Source: Thermodesulfobacteriota bacterium (GTDB taxonomy: Bacteria; Desulfobacterota_D; UBA1144; Nemesobacterales; Mycalebacteriaceae). From it: 64,000 bases of DNA. The notes beneath the pieces were generated by a model, which saw only the letters and a list, made by a program, of their open reading frames with translations, did not search any database and had not been told where the DNA came from. Made by a program: the position numbers and the translations under genes. Shown one piece after another: positions 40,097-49,920 of this stretch (positions within the stretch are counted from its first letter, which is position 1; each line of letters starts with the position of its first letter). The DNA lies in assembly GCA_965198945.1 (NCBI GenBank), contig CBDAQI010000005.1, positions 1 through 64,000 on the forward strand. Reading direction: 5' to 3'.

Positions 40097-40993
40097 TCAA
40101 GAAATGGCGCCCTGCGGGCAAAGCAAGTTGAGAGCCCCTTTGTGAATGGAAATCTCGTGCCTGCCGGCCTGTAAAATAAACGGCTCGCCGTCAATATGCG
40201 CCGGAAGGTCTTTTTCCGTCTCAATTGTCGCGGCGTCTGACTGGATTCTCATGATCCATTCGCCGTCCGCTTTTCCGGCAATGACTGATGCCAGACGTAT
40301 AAGACGCACAGGGGCTGACATATCCTTTACAAAATGAAAATCAAGGAGGCCGTCACCCGGGCGCGCGGCGGGAGAAATTTTGAATCCGCCCTGACTGTGT
40401 CCGTTGGAAACTCCGGCAAGAATGCAGCGCCCGGAGGTTTTTGAGCCCTCCAGCGATAAAAGCGCCTCAAATCCGTCAAATGAGAAAGCCTCCGCGCAGG
40501 CGGCGGCAAGATAGCCCGCGAAACCTCCGAGAAACCTGTATTGCGGAAACCTTGATGCTATGGCTCCGTCCATTCCTATTCCCAAACCGTTGATAAATTT
40601 CCGGCCGTCAAGCAGACCCGTGTCAACCTTTATACATCCGCCTGAAACAACGGCTTCAAGAGCGTCTCCGAAAGAAAGTGGCAACCCGCACGCGGCGCGA
40701 AAATCGTTTCCGCTTCCCGCGGCTATTACGCCGAGACGGGCCTCCGTTCCCGCAATCACACCCGCAATCTCACTTGAAGTCCCGTCTCCCCCGACGGAAA
40801 TAATGTGGGAGAACCCTTTGGCAAGCCCCTCGGAAGCAATGTTTGCCGCATCTCCGGGGGCGCGTGTAAGACGAATTTCAAAGCCGACACCTTTTGAGCT
40901 GCAGAAAGAAGATATTCGTCCGGCAAAATCGCTTGAATCACGCTTTCCCGCAGCGGGATTTATTATAAAAAGATGTGTATGCGCATTTGCCAT
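40097..40993 (-). CDS. Diacylglycerol/lipid kinase family (YegS/DgkB-like)
   Basis: INPAAG, GGDGT, GSGNDF, GIGMDG, DGLLD, HIDGE. Confidence 0.88.
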   Translation of the reverse strand: MANAHTHLFIINPAAGKRDSSDFAGRISSFCSSKGVGFEIRLTRAPGDAANIASEGLAKGFSHIISVGGDGTSSEIAGVIAGTEARLGVIAAGSGNDFRAACGLPLSFGDALEAVVSGGCIKVDTGLLDGRKFINGLGIGMDGAIASRFPQYRFLGGFAGYLAAACAEAFSFDGFEALLSLEGSKTSGRCILAGVSNGHSQGGFKISPAARPGDGLLDFHFVKDMSAPVRLIRLASVIAGKADGEWIMRIQSDAATIETEKDLPAHIDGEPFILQAGRHEISIHKGALNLLCPQGAIS

Positions 40994-41092
40994 TTCGGCA
41001 AACTATAACAGATGGACACTTGATAAAAACTCCGCATTTGTGTAGAAATTTGCCCTGCGCTTCCGTATCGGACAGTGGCAAAGGAGAAATTG

Positions 41093-42037
41093 ATGAGCGA
41101 AGAGACTCAGGAAATTGAAACCGGCGGCGAAGAACTGAATATGAAACAGCTCCTTGAAGCCGGAGCCCATTTCGGACATCAGAAAAGTTATTGGAACCCC
41201 AAGATGAAATCACATATCTTCGGAGTCCGCAACGGCGTCCATATAATTGACCTGCAAAAAACGGTGGGGCTTTTCAAAATCGCCTACCAGTTCATTTTTG
41301 ACCTCACATCAAAAGGCGGAACGGTTCTTTTTGTGGGAACCAAACAGCAGGCTCGCGGAATAATCAGGGAAGAAAGTGAAAAATGTGCGATGCCATATGT
41401 CAATGTGCGGTGGCTCGGCGGAACCCTGACGAATTTCGGCACAATACGTTCGCGGCTTCAATATATGGATATGTTGAAAAAACTTGAAAAAGAAAACAAA
41501 ATGCAGCTGCTCCCGAAAAAGGAAGTCGTCAGGCTGGGGAAGGAAAAGGCTAAACTCTCAAGCCTTCTGGGCGGTCTTGTGTCACTGAAAAGACTTCCCG
41601 ACGCCGTTTTCATTGTTGACACCAAAAAGGAAATCAACGCCTTCAAAGAGGCGAGAAAACTTGGAATACCAATAGTCGGTCTTGTTGACACAAACTGCGA
41701 CCCGTCTGAAATTGACTATGTAATACCGACCAACGATGACGCAATGAGAGCTATTAAACTGTTCACTTCAAAAATAGCCGAAGCGTGCGCCGAAGGAAGA
41801 AAGGTCTACGAAGAAACTGTGAAAGACATGCCCGAAGAGGAACGCAGAGAGCAGTGTAAAGAACAGCAAGACGGCCCGATTGTTGAGAAAAAAATGTATG
41901 TATTTAAGAAATTTGGTGAAGACGAAGAACAGGAAGATGAAAGAAAATTGAACACGGCCGCAAGCGAGACTCCCGGCGGAGAGGCAGGGTCCGGGGCGGC
42001 GGCGAAGCCTGAAGACGAAGGCGGGAAACAGGTCTGA
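41093..42037 (+). CDS. rpsB: 30S ribosomal protein S2 with an acidic C-terminal tail
   Basis: LLEAGAHFGH, WNPKM, RWLGGTLTN, DTNCDP, NDDA; AAGGAG RBS. Confidence 0.97.
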   Translation: MSEETQEIETGGEELNMKQLLEAGAHFGHQKSYWNPKMKSHIFGVRNGVHIIDLQKTVGLFKIAYQFIFDLTSKGGTVLFVGTKQQARGIIREESEKCAMPYVNVRWLGGTLTNFGTIRSRLQYMDMLKKLEKENKMQLLPKKEVVRLGKEKAKLSSLLGGLVSLKRLPDAVFIVDTKKEINAFKEARKLGIPIVGLVDTNCDPSEIDYVIPTNDDAMRAIKLFTSKIAEACAEGRKVYEETVKDMPEEERREQCKEQQDGPIVEKKMYVFKKFGEDEEQEDERKLNTAASETPGGEAGSGAAAKPEDEGGKQV

Positions 42038-42642
42038 TGACCGAAGTTACTTCAACAATGGTGAAAGAGGCGAGAGACCGCACGGGCGCCTCTTTTATTG
42101 ACTGCAAAAAAGCCCTTGAAGAAGCGTCCTGCGACATGGACAAGGCGATTGAGATTCTCAAAATCAAAGGCGCGGTGCGGGCTTCAAAAAAATCGGGCAG
42201 GGAAACGCCCGAAGGGCTTGTAATCTCATACATCCATCCGGGCGGAAAAATCGGCGTTATGCTTGAACTCAACTGTGAAACCGATTTTGTGGCGCGAAAC
42301 GAGGAATTCTCAAGCCTTTCAAAAGAAATAACAATGCAAATCGCGGCGACGGGTCCTCTCTATACTTCAAGGAGCGAAATTCCCGAAGAGGTTCTTGAGA
42401 AGGAAAAGGAAATAATCAAAGCCCGTGCCATAGAGTCGGGGAAGCCTGAAAAAATAATTGACAAAATTGTTGAAGGCGGAATTGAGAAGTTCTGCAAAGA
42501 GGTCTGCCTTCTTGAACAGGACTATATAAGAGACCCGAAAACAAAAATCGCCGACCTTGTTTCATCAGCGATTTCCAAAACGGGTGAAAACATAGTGGTC
42601 AGAAGATTCACCAGATTCCAGCTCGGGGAGTCTTTTGATTGA
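42037..42642 (+). CDS. tsf: Elongation factor Ts (short form)
   Basis: RTGA...CKKAL, ELNCETDFVA, LLEQ, VRRFTRF. Confidence 0.96.
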   Translation: MTEVTSTMVKEARDRTGASFIDCKKALEEASCDMDKAIEILKIKGAVRASKKSGRETPEGLVISYIHPGGKIGVMLELNCETDFVARNEEFSSLSKEITMQIAATGPLYTSRSEIPEEVLEKEKEIIKARAIESGKPEKIIDKIVEGGIEKFCKEVCLLEQDYIRDPKTKIADLVSSAISKTGENIVVRRFTRFQLGESFD

Positions 42643-42654
42643 GCCCCGCCCCCC

Positions 42655-43392
42655 ATGCCGTCAAACCGGAAAAAACCTCTCTATAAAAGAATTCTTCTGA
42701 AAATCGGCGGTGAAGCCCTTCAGGGCAAATGCGAATCCGGCATAGACACTGAGACTTTGGACAAAGTTTCGGCCGAACTTAAAGAGCTGACCTCGCTCGG
42801 AATTGAAATCGCTCTTGTAATAGGCGGCGGCAATTTCTTCAGAGGCAGTTCCGACAGTGCGCGTGGTATGGACCGTTCCACCGCGGACTATATGGGAATG
42901 CTCTCAACGGTTATAAACGCGATAGCGCTTCAGGACTCTCTTGAAAAACAGGGAGTTGACACAAGGGTGCAGAGCGGCCTTGAAATAAAGCAGGTTGCCG
43001 AACCTTTCATCAAACGCCGGGCTCTGCGGCATATTGAAAAAGGCAGAGTTGTGATTTTCGGGGCGGGCACGGGCAATCCGTTCTTCACAACGGACACCGC
43101 TGCGAGCTTGCGGGCTCTTCAAATAGGCGCGGACGTTGTGCTCAAAGGGACTAAGGTTGACGGCATATATGACAAAGACCCGAAAAAACACAAAGATGCA
43201 AAGATGTTCAGCGAGCTTTGCTATATGGATGTTATCCAGAAAGAGCTTGATGTGATGGACACGACCGCAATTTCCCTGTGCATGCAGAGCGGTATTCCGA
43301 TAGTGGTTTTTAATTTGTTCAAACCGGGAAATATAAATAAGGTTATAAGCGGTGAAAAAATAGGAACAAAAGTTTGGAACGGCCCAAAATGA
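42655..43392 (+). CDS. pyrH: UMP kinase
   Basis: [35 protein letters not shown]. Confidence 0.97.
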   Translation: MPSNRKKPLYKRILLKIGGEALQGKCESGIDTETLDKVSAELKELTSLGIEIALVIGGGNFFRGSSDSARGMDRSTADYMGMLSTVINAIALQDSLEKQGVDTRVQSGLEIKQVAEPFIKRRALRHIEKGRVVIFGAGTGNPFFTTDTAASLRALQIGADVVLKGTKVDGIYDKDPKKHKDAKMFSELCYMDVIQKELDVMDTTAISLCMQSGIPIVVFNLFKPGNINKVISGEKIGTKVWNGPK

Positions 43393-43955
43393 GCGAAACT
43401 TCGGCGGACATAAAAAAACAGACTTCGGACAGGATGAGCAAAACTCTCTCGGCTCTTGAGTCCGAATTGTCAAAACTGCGGACGGGCAAGGCCTCAACCG
43501 GTCTGGTTGAAGGGCTTGAGGTTGATTACCACGGCGCAAAGATGCCTTTTAATCAAATTGCTTCAATCAACGCTCCCGACCCGCAAACGATTCTAATTCA
43601 GCCATGGGACGAAACGGTGATAGGTGAAATAGAAAAAGCAGTGAATCAGTCAGACCTCGGACTCACTCCGGTGAGAGACGGCAAAACGGTCCGGCTTTCC
43701 ATTCCGCCTTTGAGCGGAGAGAGAAGAAAAGAGCTTATAAAAGTCGCCGCCAGAATGGCGGAAGACCACCGTGTTTCAATAAGGCAGACACGAAAAGACT
43801 TGAACACAAAAATAAAAGCCATGGAAAAAGCGGGCGAGTTATCCGAAGACGAAAGCAAAAAAACGCTCAGCGACATTCAGAAATCCACCGATGAGTTTAT
43901 CACCCGTATAAACTCAATTCTTCAAAAGAAAGAAAAAGACATTATGGAAGTTTAG
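43389..43955 (+). CDS. frr: Ribosome recycling factor
   Basis: [31 protein letters not shown]. Confidence 0.96.
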   Translation: MSETSADIKKQTSDRMSKTLSALESELSKLRTGKASTGLVEGLEVDYHGAKMPFNQIASINAPDPQTILIQPWDETVIGEIEKAVNQSDLGLTPVRDGKTVRLSIPPLSGERRKELIKVAARMAEDHRVSIRQTRKDLNTKIKAMEKAGELSEDESKKTLSDIQKSTDEFITRINSILQKKEKDIMEV

Positions 43956-44018
43956 GGGGCGGTCTCCATACACTTCCTCTTTCCACCTAAAGCATAGCAT
44001 ACGAAAACTTGGCCGACA

Positions 44019-44067
44019 AAACATCCTTGAAAATCTACTATCAAATGGTAGATTTTCAAGGATGTTT
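44019..44067. promoter_or_regulatory. Perfect 20-bp inverted repeat covering the promoter and start codon of the AAA ATPase gene
   Basis: aaacatccttgaaaatctac-N9-gtagattttcaaggATGttt; contains TTGAAA and TGnTAGATT. Confidence 0.8.
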
Positions 44068-45240
44068 GACAGATATTTACAAAATATCATTTTGGAATTG
44101 CTGACCACAAATCCGGCTGTAGTGCTGACGGGGCCGCGGCAGATTGGAAAGACAACTTTTGCAAAAGAGTTTTCCAAAAGTTTCAAAGCAGTCTACCGGG
44201 ACTTGGAAAATTCCCGGGACCTTAAGCAGGTAAAGGACATTCAATTTTTTACAGAGCAATATGCGGAGAATCTGATTATTCTGGATGAGGTTCAGAGGTT
44301 GCCGGAAATTTTCCCTGAAATCAGAGGTATCATAGACCGTAACAGGCGTGCTGGACGGGAAAACTGTCAATTTCTTTTTCTCGGTTCCGCTTCGCCGGAC
44401 CTGCTGAGACAGACGAGCGAGAGTCTTGCGGGAAGAATTTCTCATGTTGAGCTTGCTTCTCTCAATTTGCTGGAACTGGACGAAAAATTTCACGACTTGC
44501 TCTGGCTGAAAGGGGGATTCCCGGAAAGTCTTAAACGTAATGAGCAAGACAGTTTTAACTGGCGTTCCAGTATGGTCACAACTTACCTTGAAAGAGACAT
44601 TCCGCAGTTCGGCTTTCGTATTCCGGCTGAAACAATGAGGCGTTTGTGGATGATGCTCTGCCACTATCCGGGCGGCATTTTGAATTCCGCCATGTTGTCC
44701 GGCAGTCTGGGAATCAGTGATAAAACCGTCATACGCTACCTTGATATTCTCGTGGATCTACTGCTTGTGAGAAGATTGCAGCCGTGGCACACAAACACAA
44801 AAAAGCGTCTTGTGAAGTCTCCGAAAATTTACATACGAGACTCCGGGTTGTTGCATATGCTTTTGAATATAAAGACAAAAGACGATTTGCTCAATAATCC
44901 CATCTGCGGACAAAGCTGGGAGGGGTTTGTAATTGAGAATCTGATAAACAGTTCAAGGGAAAGCCATTATCCGTATTTCTACAGAACCCAGGCCGGAGCT
45001 GAGATAGACTTGCTTCTTTGCAGAGGCATTACTCCTGAAATTGCCATTGATATAAAACTGTCTTCAAACCCGAAAACGCGAAAGGGATTTGACATAGCCT
45101 GTGATGATTTGAATGTCCGGCACCGTTTTGTGGTTTATCCCGGAGAGGAAACATATTTATTAAAACCAAAAACTTACGCGGTTCCGCCCGCGGAATTATG
45201 CGGGTGGCTCTGGAACAGAGCAAAAGGGGAAATTCATTGA
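44062..45240 (+). CDS. AAA_14 ATPase with winged HTH and DUF4143 domain
   Basis: GPRQIGKTT, ILDEVQ, LGSAS, ESLAGR, GGFP, YLERDI, KSPKIYIRDSGL, YRTQAGAEIDL. Confidence 0.9.
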   Translation: MFDRYLQNIILELLTTNPAVVLTGPRQIGKTTFAKEFSKSFKAVYRDLENSRDLKQVKDIQFFTEQYAENLIILDEVQRLPEIFPEIRGIIDRNRRAGRENCQFLFLGSASPDLLRQTSESLAGRISHVELASLNLLELDEKFHDLLWLKGGFPESLKRNEQDSFNWRSSMVTTYLERDIPQFGFRIPAETMRRLWMMLCHYPGGILNSAMLSGSLGISDKTVIRYLDILVDLLLVRRLQPWHTNTKKRLVKSPKIYIRDSGLLHMLLNIKTKDDLLNNPICGQSWEGFVIENLINSSRESHYPYFYRTQAGAEIDLLLCRGITPEIAIDIKLSSNPKTRKGFDIACDDLNVRHRFVVYPGEETYLLKPKTYAVPPAELCGWLWNRAKGEIH

Positions 45241-45258
45241 ATTCAATGTGGAAATTTG

Positions 45259-45363
45259 GACGGGAAAATAAAAAATGCTCGCTGACATTCAGAAATCCAC
45301 ATATAAGTTTATTTCACGCATAAACTCGCTTCTTGAGGAGAAAGAAAAATATATTAGTTAGGG
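45259..45363 (+). repeat. Degenerate duplicate of the frr 3' end
   Basis: gctcgctgacattcagaaatccacatataagtttatttcacgcataaactcgcttcttgaggagaaagaaaaatatatta versus 43865-43944 gctcagcgacattcagaaatccaccgatgagtttatcacccgtataaactcaattcttcaaaagaaagaaaaagacatta. Confidence 0.9.
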
Positions 45364-45373
45364 TTAGGTGTAT

Positions 45374-47728
45374 TTATATTTTGAAATGACTGACATATGG
45401 CTCATATTCTAATTCCTCTTTTTCTTCTCTTTCAACTTTGCTTTGCAAAATCTCTTTCACAAATACCGACATTCCACTCAAAAGAGTTCTTTTTGGAGAA
45501 AACCGATCCTCTGAAAGGGCAAGCAGAAAAACTCCTTTCCGTGCGCGGGTAATTGCCACATAAAACAATCGTCTTTCTTCCGCATTAGGAAACATTACAT
45601 CTTCTTCAAGAACCATATTTAGAACAGGGTCATTCTGTATTCCGGAAGGAAAACCATAACCATTAACGTCAAATTCATTGCCAAGAATAATAACCCAATC
45701 CTTCTCAATGCCCTTGGACTGATGGATAGTGCTGAATTCTATGGAAAGACCTTTTAATTCAGCCTCCTTCTTTAATTCGTTCCAGTCAGCGGGCTTTGAA
45801 TGTTTGTAGCGCCCCAAAACAAGGCATTCTTTACTGGCCTGACTCTGAAGAGAAATTCTATCAATTGCATATTGCAAAGCTTTCTTGCGTTGTATTGCTG
45901 ACCGGCCATGTTGAATAACTCTTATTGGTTTTGCTTTTTTATTGAAGTCTATTCTGGAAGAGACTTCTTTTTTTAACTGCATTGGATTTTTTGTAATAAA
46001 AATTCTACTAAAATCAGCAATTTGCTGAGAAAAGCGAAAAGTCTCGTTCAAATCAGTACGGCACATTGCGCCGACATACTCATCAAAATGCGTAATTAAA
46101 TTTACGTTAGCCCCCTGAAATGAGTAAATTGACTGCCAATCATCACCAACACAAAACAGCCTTGCATCTCTAACCTGCTCCCGCAGCTCCAAAAGCATTT
46201 TTAGCCTTGCAAGTGTTATATCCTGATACTCGTCCACCAAAATATATTTAAATTGGGACCGCCACTCACCCCGTTTCAAACATTGGGTTCCGCCAACAAT
46301 CATATCCGTGTAATCAATTTCACCATTTTTGCCGAGTTCTCGCTCATAATTGTCTCTGAAAAATTCAAACAATTCCAAAAACACAATATCTCTATTAGAA
46401 TTTGCCCGAGACTTAAGATAGTCTCCGGAAATTGAATTCTCTCTGCACAAAGAAAGAAACTGGTCTATCAATTTGATAAAATTTGGAATAGGAGTGGAAC
46501 CCTGCTTGATAAATTTCTCAATGTCTTGTCCTGAAACAGGTTTTTTTTCAACTCCATATTGAAAAAGTTTTGTTTCAAGGGCATTCACCAGTCCGTCTTG
46601 CCGTCTTGCCTCATAACTATAAGTCTCTACAAGTTTGGTATTGTTTTCGCGATGAGTTTTTCTTTTCCAGTCAATACCTGCACTGTATTTTTCTTTACTG
46701 ACTCCGGGAGCGGTATTGCCATCCTCATCTATACCAAAATGTTCAATCCATAAATCGTAGTCCGGCAGGTAAAAGTCCGGACGATAATTCCCTGGACATG
46801 GGTATTTTTTTTCATATTCCCATTTCACCCCGCTGAGAATCAGCCAGTTTGCTATTTGGACTTCTTCATAGCTCTTAAGTTCTTTGCCATCAAGGCTTTT
46901 CAGCCCTGCAACATATTGATTCTTTTCCAAATACTCAATTTTCTCTTCCACATTTTCTTCTGGATCTCCCTCAAATAGATAAGTGGAAAAGTATTGAGAA
47001 AACAAATCCCTTTGGTGGTGATTTTCAAACATATTTTTTAACGTTTTTTCAAAAAAAGGCTTGGCATCATTAGCAAGACCGCTTACTTTCGGAGACCTGC
47101 CCTGAACTTTTTCTACAATTTTGCGCCCAAGGGCATGAAGCGTATAAACAGGGATACTGAAATTTATTTCTTTTTTTAATCTTTTCTCAATCTCTCTTTG
47201 CGCATCTACGTTGTATACGACAATAAGAATCTCTTGCGGCTCTGCAATTTTTTGGTTCAGAAGATAAGAAACCTTGCCAAGAATTGTTCGAGTTTTTCCC
47301 GAACCCGCGCCAGCATTAACTAAATTAGCATCTTCGTCTCTGACAACTGCAAGCCGCTGAGATTCTGTCAAACCCAGACCATCAAAAAAATTTTTTGACT
47401 GCACAAGTCTTTTTTCAACAAATCTTTCGTTGATTTCATCTATAAAGGCTCTGCTTTCCAGCAAACGCTTTGCTTTCCCGAATTTGGCTCGCAAATTTGC
47501 TTTCAGAAAAATAAAATCAAAAAATGAATTACGAAAACAACTGAATTCTGCCTCAGCAAGTTGTCTCTCAGCTTTTTTCCTGTTTAGATATTCGCCACTA
47601 GCCTCTCTTTTAAGTTTTTGCTCAATATCCTCAAATTTAGCAATAAAGCACTCTGCCTCCCGGCATCTGCTCTTTCTTTTATAGTAGTAAAAAACCGCTA
47701 TTGGAACAATGGCAAAGATAATTTCCAT
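45374..47728 (-). CDS. UvrD/helicase IV-like SF1 helicase with an N-terminal TM anchor and an inserted nuclease-like domain
   Basis: AGAGSGKT, LVDEYQD, VGDDWQSIY, STIHQSKG.E, EERRLFYVAITRA; insert KSYEE..IANWL...YRPDFYL...IEHFG. Confidence 0.88.
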   Translation of the reverse strand: MEIIFAIVPIAVFYYYKRKSRCREAECFIAKFEDIEQKLKREASGEYLNRKKAERQLAEAEFSCFRNSFFDFIFLKANLRAKFGKAKRLLESRAFIDEINERFVEKRLVQSKNFFDGLGLTESQRLAVVRDEDANLVNAGAGSGKTRTILGKVSYLLNQKIAEPQEILIVVYNVDAQREIEKRLKKEINFSIPVYTLHALGRKIVEKVQGRSPKVSGLANDAKPFFEKTLKNMFENHHQRDLFSQYFSTYLFEGDPEENVEEKIEYLEKNQYVAGLKSLDGKELKSYEEVQIANWLILSGVKWEYEKKYPCPGNYRPDFYLPDYDLWIEHFGIDEDGNTAPGVSKEKYSAGIDWKRKTHRENNTKLVETYSYEARRQDGLVNALETKLFQYGVEKKPVSGQDIEKFIKQGSTPIPNFIKLIDQFLSLCRENSISGDYLKSRANSNRDIVFLELFEFFRDNYERELGKNGEIDYTDMIVGGTQCLKRGEWRSQFKYILVDEYQDITLARLKMLLELREQVRDARLFCVGDDWQSIYSFQGANVNLITHFDEYVGAMCRTDLNETFRFSQQIADFSRIFITKNPMQLKKEVSSRIDFNKKAKPIRVIQHGRSAIQRKKALQYAIDRISLQSQASKECLVLGRYKHSKPADWNELKKEAELKGLSIEFSTIHQSKGIEKDWVIILGNEFDVNGYGFPSGIQNDPVLNMVLEEDVMFPNAEERRLFYVAITRARKGVFLLALSEDRFSPKRTLLSGMSVFVKEILQSKVEREEKEELEYEPYVSHFKI

Positions 47729-47780
47729 TACGGTTTACCCGAAGCGAATCATAGAGCGATAATAAATCAAGGGCGAACAA

Positions 47781-49055
47781 TCAGCACTCAATCCTCTCCA
47801 CCCCATCCATATAAGGCACAAGAGCGTCGGGAATTTTCACACTCCCGTCTTTCCGCTGATAATTTTCAAGTATCGCCACAACGGTTCTACCAATTGCAAG
47901 ACCTGACCCGTTAAGTGTGTGAACAAAAGCCGTTTTCTTCCCGTCTTTGAACCTGATTGCCGCCCTTCTCGCCTGAAAATCCTCAAAATTACTGCATGAG
48001 GAAATCTCCCTGTATGCGCCCTCACCCGGAAGCCAGACCTCTATGTCATATGTTTTCGCCGAAGAAAACCCCAAATCCCCTGAACACAGCGTTACAACCC
48101 TGTAATGAAGACCGAGCCGCTCAAGGATTCCGCAGGCATCCTTGGTCAATGTCTCAAGTTCATCATAAGAATCTTCGGGACGCACAAACTTTACCAACTC
48201 AACCTTGTTGAACTGATGCTGACGCATAATGCCCTTTGTATCCTTTCCGTAGGAACCGGCTTCACTGCGGAAACAGGGTGTGTATGCGGCGTATTTAATT
48301 GGCAGGTCAGCGCCGGGAATTATTTCATCACGGTATATGTTCGTAACCGGCACCTCGGCAGTCGGAATCAAATAGTAATCCGTGCCTTTCAGTTTGAAAA
48401 GATCCTCTTCAAATTTTGGCAGACTGCCTGTGCCGGTCAAACTCGCCGTGTTTGCGGCAAAAGGCGGAAGCGTTTCTGTATAGCCGTTTTCCTTTGTGTG
48501 AACATCAAGCATAAAATTTGCCAGTGCGCGCTCAAGACGCGCGCCCGCCCCGAAATAGAAAGCAAAACGCGAACCGGTTATCTTAGCCGCCCTTTCAAGG
48601 TCAAGAATGCCGAGATTTGCGCCTATTTCGTCATGGCGCAGCGGCTTAAAATCAAATTCGGGCTTTTCGCCCCATTTTTTCACTTCAACGTTATCGTCTT
48701 CGCCGGAACCGGACGGAACGGCGGGATGCGGAATGTTGGGGATTCCAAGCATCTCAGTTTTTATTTTTTCCTCAATACCGGTCCGGTCGGCGTTGAGCAA
48801 TTTCACTTTCCCGGAAACATTCTTAAGTTTGTCGGAAAGCTCTGCAAACTCTTTATCGTTTCCCCGCTTTTTGAGCGCAGCCATCTCACGCGAGCCTTCA
48901 TTGCGAATCCGCTCAAACTCCTCAACCTGTAAAATCACATCGCGCCTTTTGTCAAAAAGGGCTTTCAAAGCCGCGGAATCAAATCTGAAACCCCGCGACG
49001 ACAGCTTTTTCTTTACTTCATCAAGATTTTTTTCAACAAATTTCCAGTCAAGCAT
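47781..49055 (-). CDS. serS: Seryl-tRNA synthetase
   Basis: [39 protein letters not shown]. Confidence 0.98.
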   Translation of the reverse strand: MLDWKFVEKNLDEVKKKLSSRGFRFDSAALKALFDKRRDVILQVEEFERIRNEGSREMAALKKRGNDKEFAELSDKLKNVSGKVKLLNADRTGIEEKIKTEMLGIPNIPHPAVPSGSGEDDNVEVKKWGEKPEFDFKPLRHDEIGANLGILDLERAAKITGSRFAFYFGAGARLERALANFMLDVHTKENGYTETLPPFAANTASLTGTGSLPKFEEDLFKLKGTDYYLIPTAEVPVTNIYRDEIIPGADLPIKYAAYTPCFRSEAGSYGKDTKGIMRQHQFNKVELVKFVRPEDSYDELETLTKDACGILERLGLHYRVVTLCSGDLGFSSAKTYDIEVWLPGEGAYREISSCSNFEDFQARRAAIRFKDGKKTAFVHTLNGSGLAIGRTVVAILENYQRKDGSVKIPDALVPYMDGVERIEC

Positions 49056-49191
49056 TAACTCAGCTCCCGTTCAAACAAGAAGATACAGGATAACACAAAA
49101 CCGAATCTGAAATCCCGGCTCTCTCCGCTTTGACAATGAAAAAACACGCGGTTAATTTGCTTTTATACATATCGCAGGGAGGAAAGGTAGC

Positions 49192-49911
49192 TTGAGCAAA
49201 TTTACCGACGGAACTGAAATAACATACTACGGACACTCAACTTTTCTGATTAAAACCCCGGGGGGCAAGTCGGTGCTGATAGACCCGTGGGTCAAAGGCA
49301 ACCCGGCGTGTCCGGAAAAACTGCATCAAATTGAAAAAGTTGATGTCATTGCTATAACACACGGGCATTTTGACCACATAAGCGATGCGGTTGAAATCGC
49401 AAAAGAGCATAAACCTCAAGTGGTGGCAAACTGGGAAATCTGTGCCTGGCTCGGAACAAAAGGCGTTGAAAACTGCTGCCCGATGAACAAAGGCGGCGGA
49501 CAGGCCGTTGAGGGTGTCAGATTCGTGATGACTCACGCCCAGCACTCAAGCGGAATCAGCGAAGAAAACGGCACAACGGTATACGGCGGAGAACCGGCGG
49601 GATTTGTAATTGAGCTTGAAAACGGATACCGGATGTATCATGCGGGAGACACCAACATTTTCAGCGATATGAAACTAATCAAAGAGATATACGCGCCGAA
49701 ACTCGCTTTTCTCCCCATAGGAGACCTGTTCACAATGTCTCCGCTTGAAGCATCTTTCGCCTGCGGGTTTTTGTCACCGGAAATTGTCATACCTATGCAC
49801 TACGCAACTTTTCCACCGCTTACGGGCACCCCCGAAGAACTTAAAAAACTCACTTCAAAAATCAAAGAGCTTGAAGTGGTCGCACTTGTGCCGGGAGAAA
49901 CGCTTAAATAA
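49192..49911 (+). CDS. Metallo-beta-lactamase-fold hydrolase (UPF0173)
   Basis: YGHSTF, IDPW, THGHFDH, AQHSS, YHAGDT, IPMHY. Confidence 0.9.
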   Translation: MSKFTDGTEITYYGHSTFLIKTPGGKSVLIDPWVKGNPACPEKLHQIEKVDVIAITHGHFDHISDAVEIAKEHKPQVVANWEICAWLGTKGVENCCPMNKGGGQAVEGVRFVMTHAQHSSGISEENGTTVYGGEPAGFVIELENGYRMYHAGDTNIFSDMKLIKEIYAPKLAFLPIGDLFTMSPLEASFACGFLSPEIVIPMHYATFPPLTGTPEELKKLTSKIKELEVVALVPGETLK

Positions 49912-49920
49912 CAAAACACC

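Noticed and set aside
47729..47780. Third copy of the frr tail before serS
   Set aside because: Only short gapped matches (gtttacccg, agggcg), which cannot be told from chance by eye.
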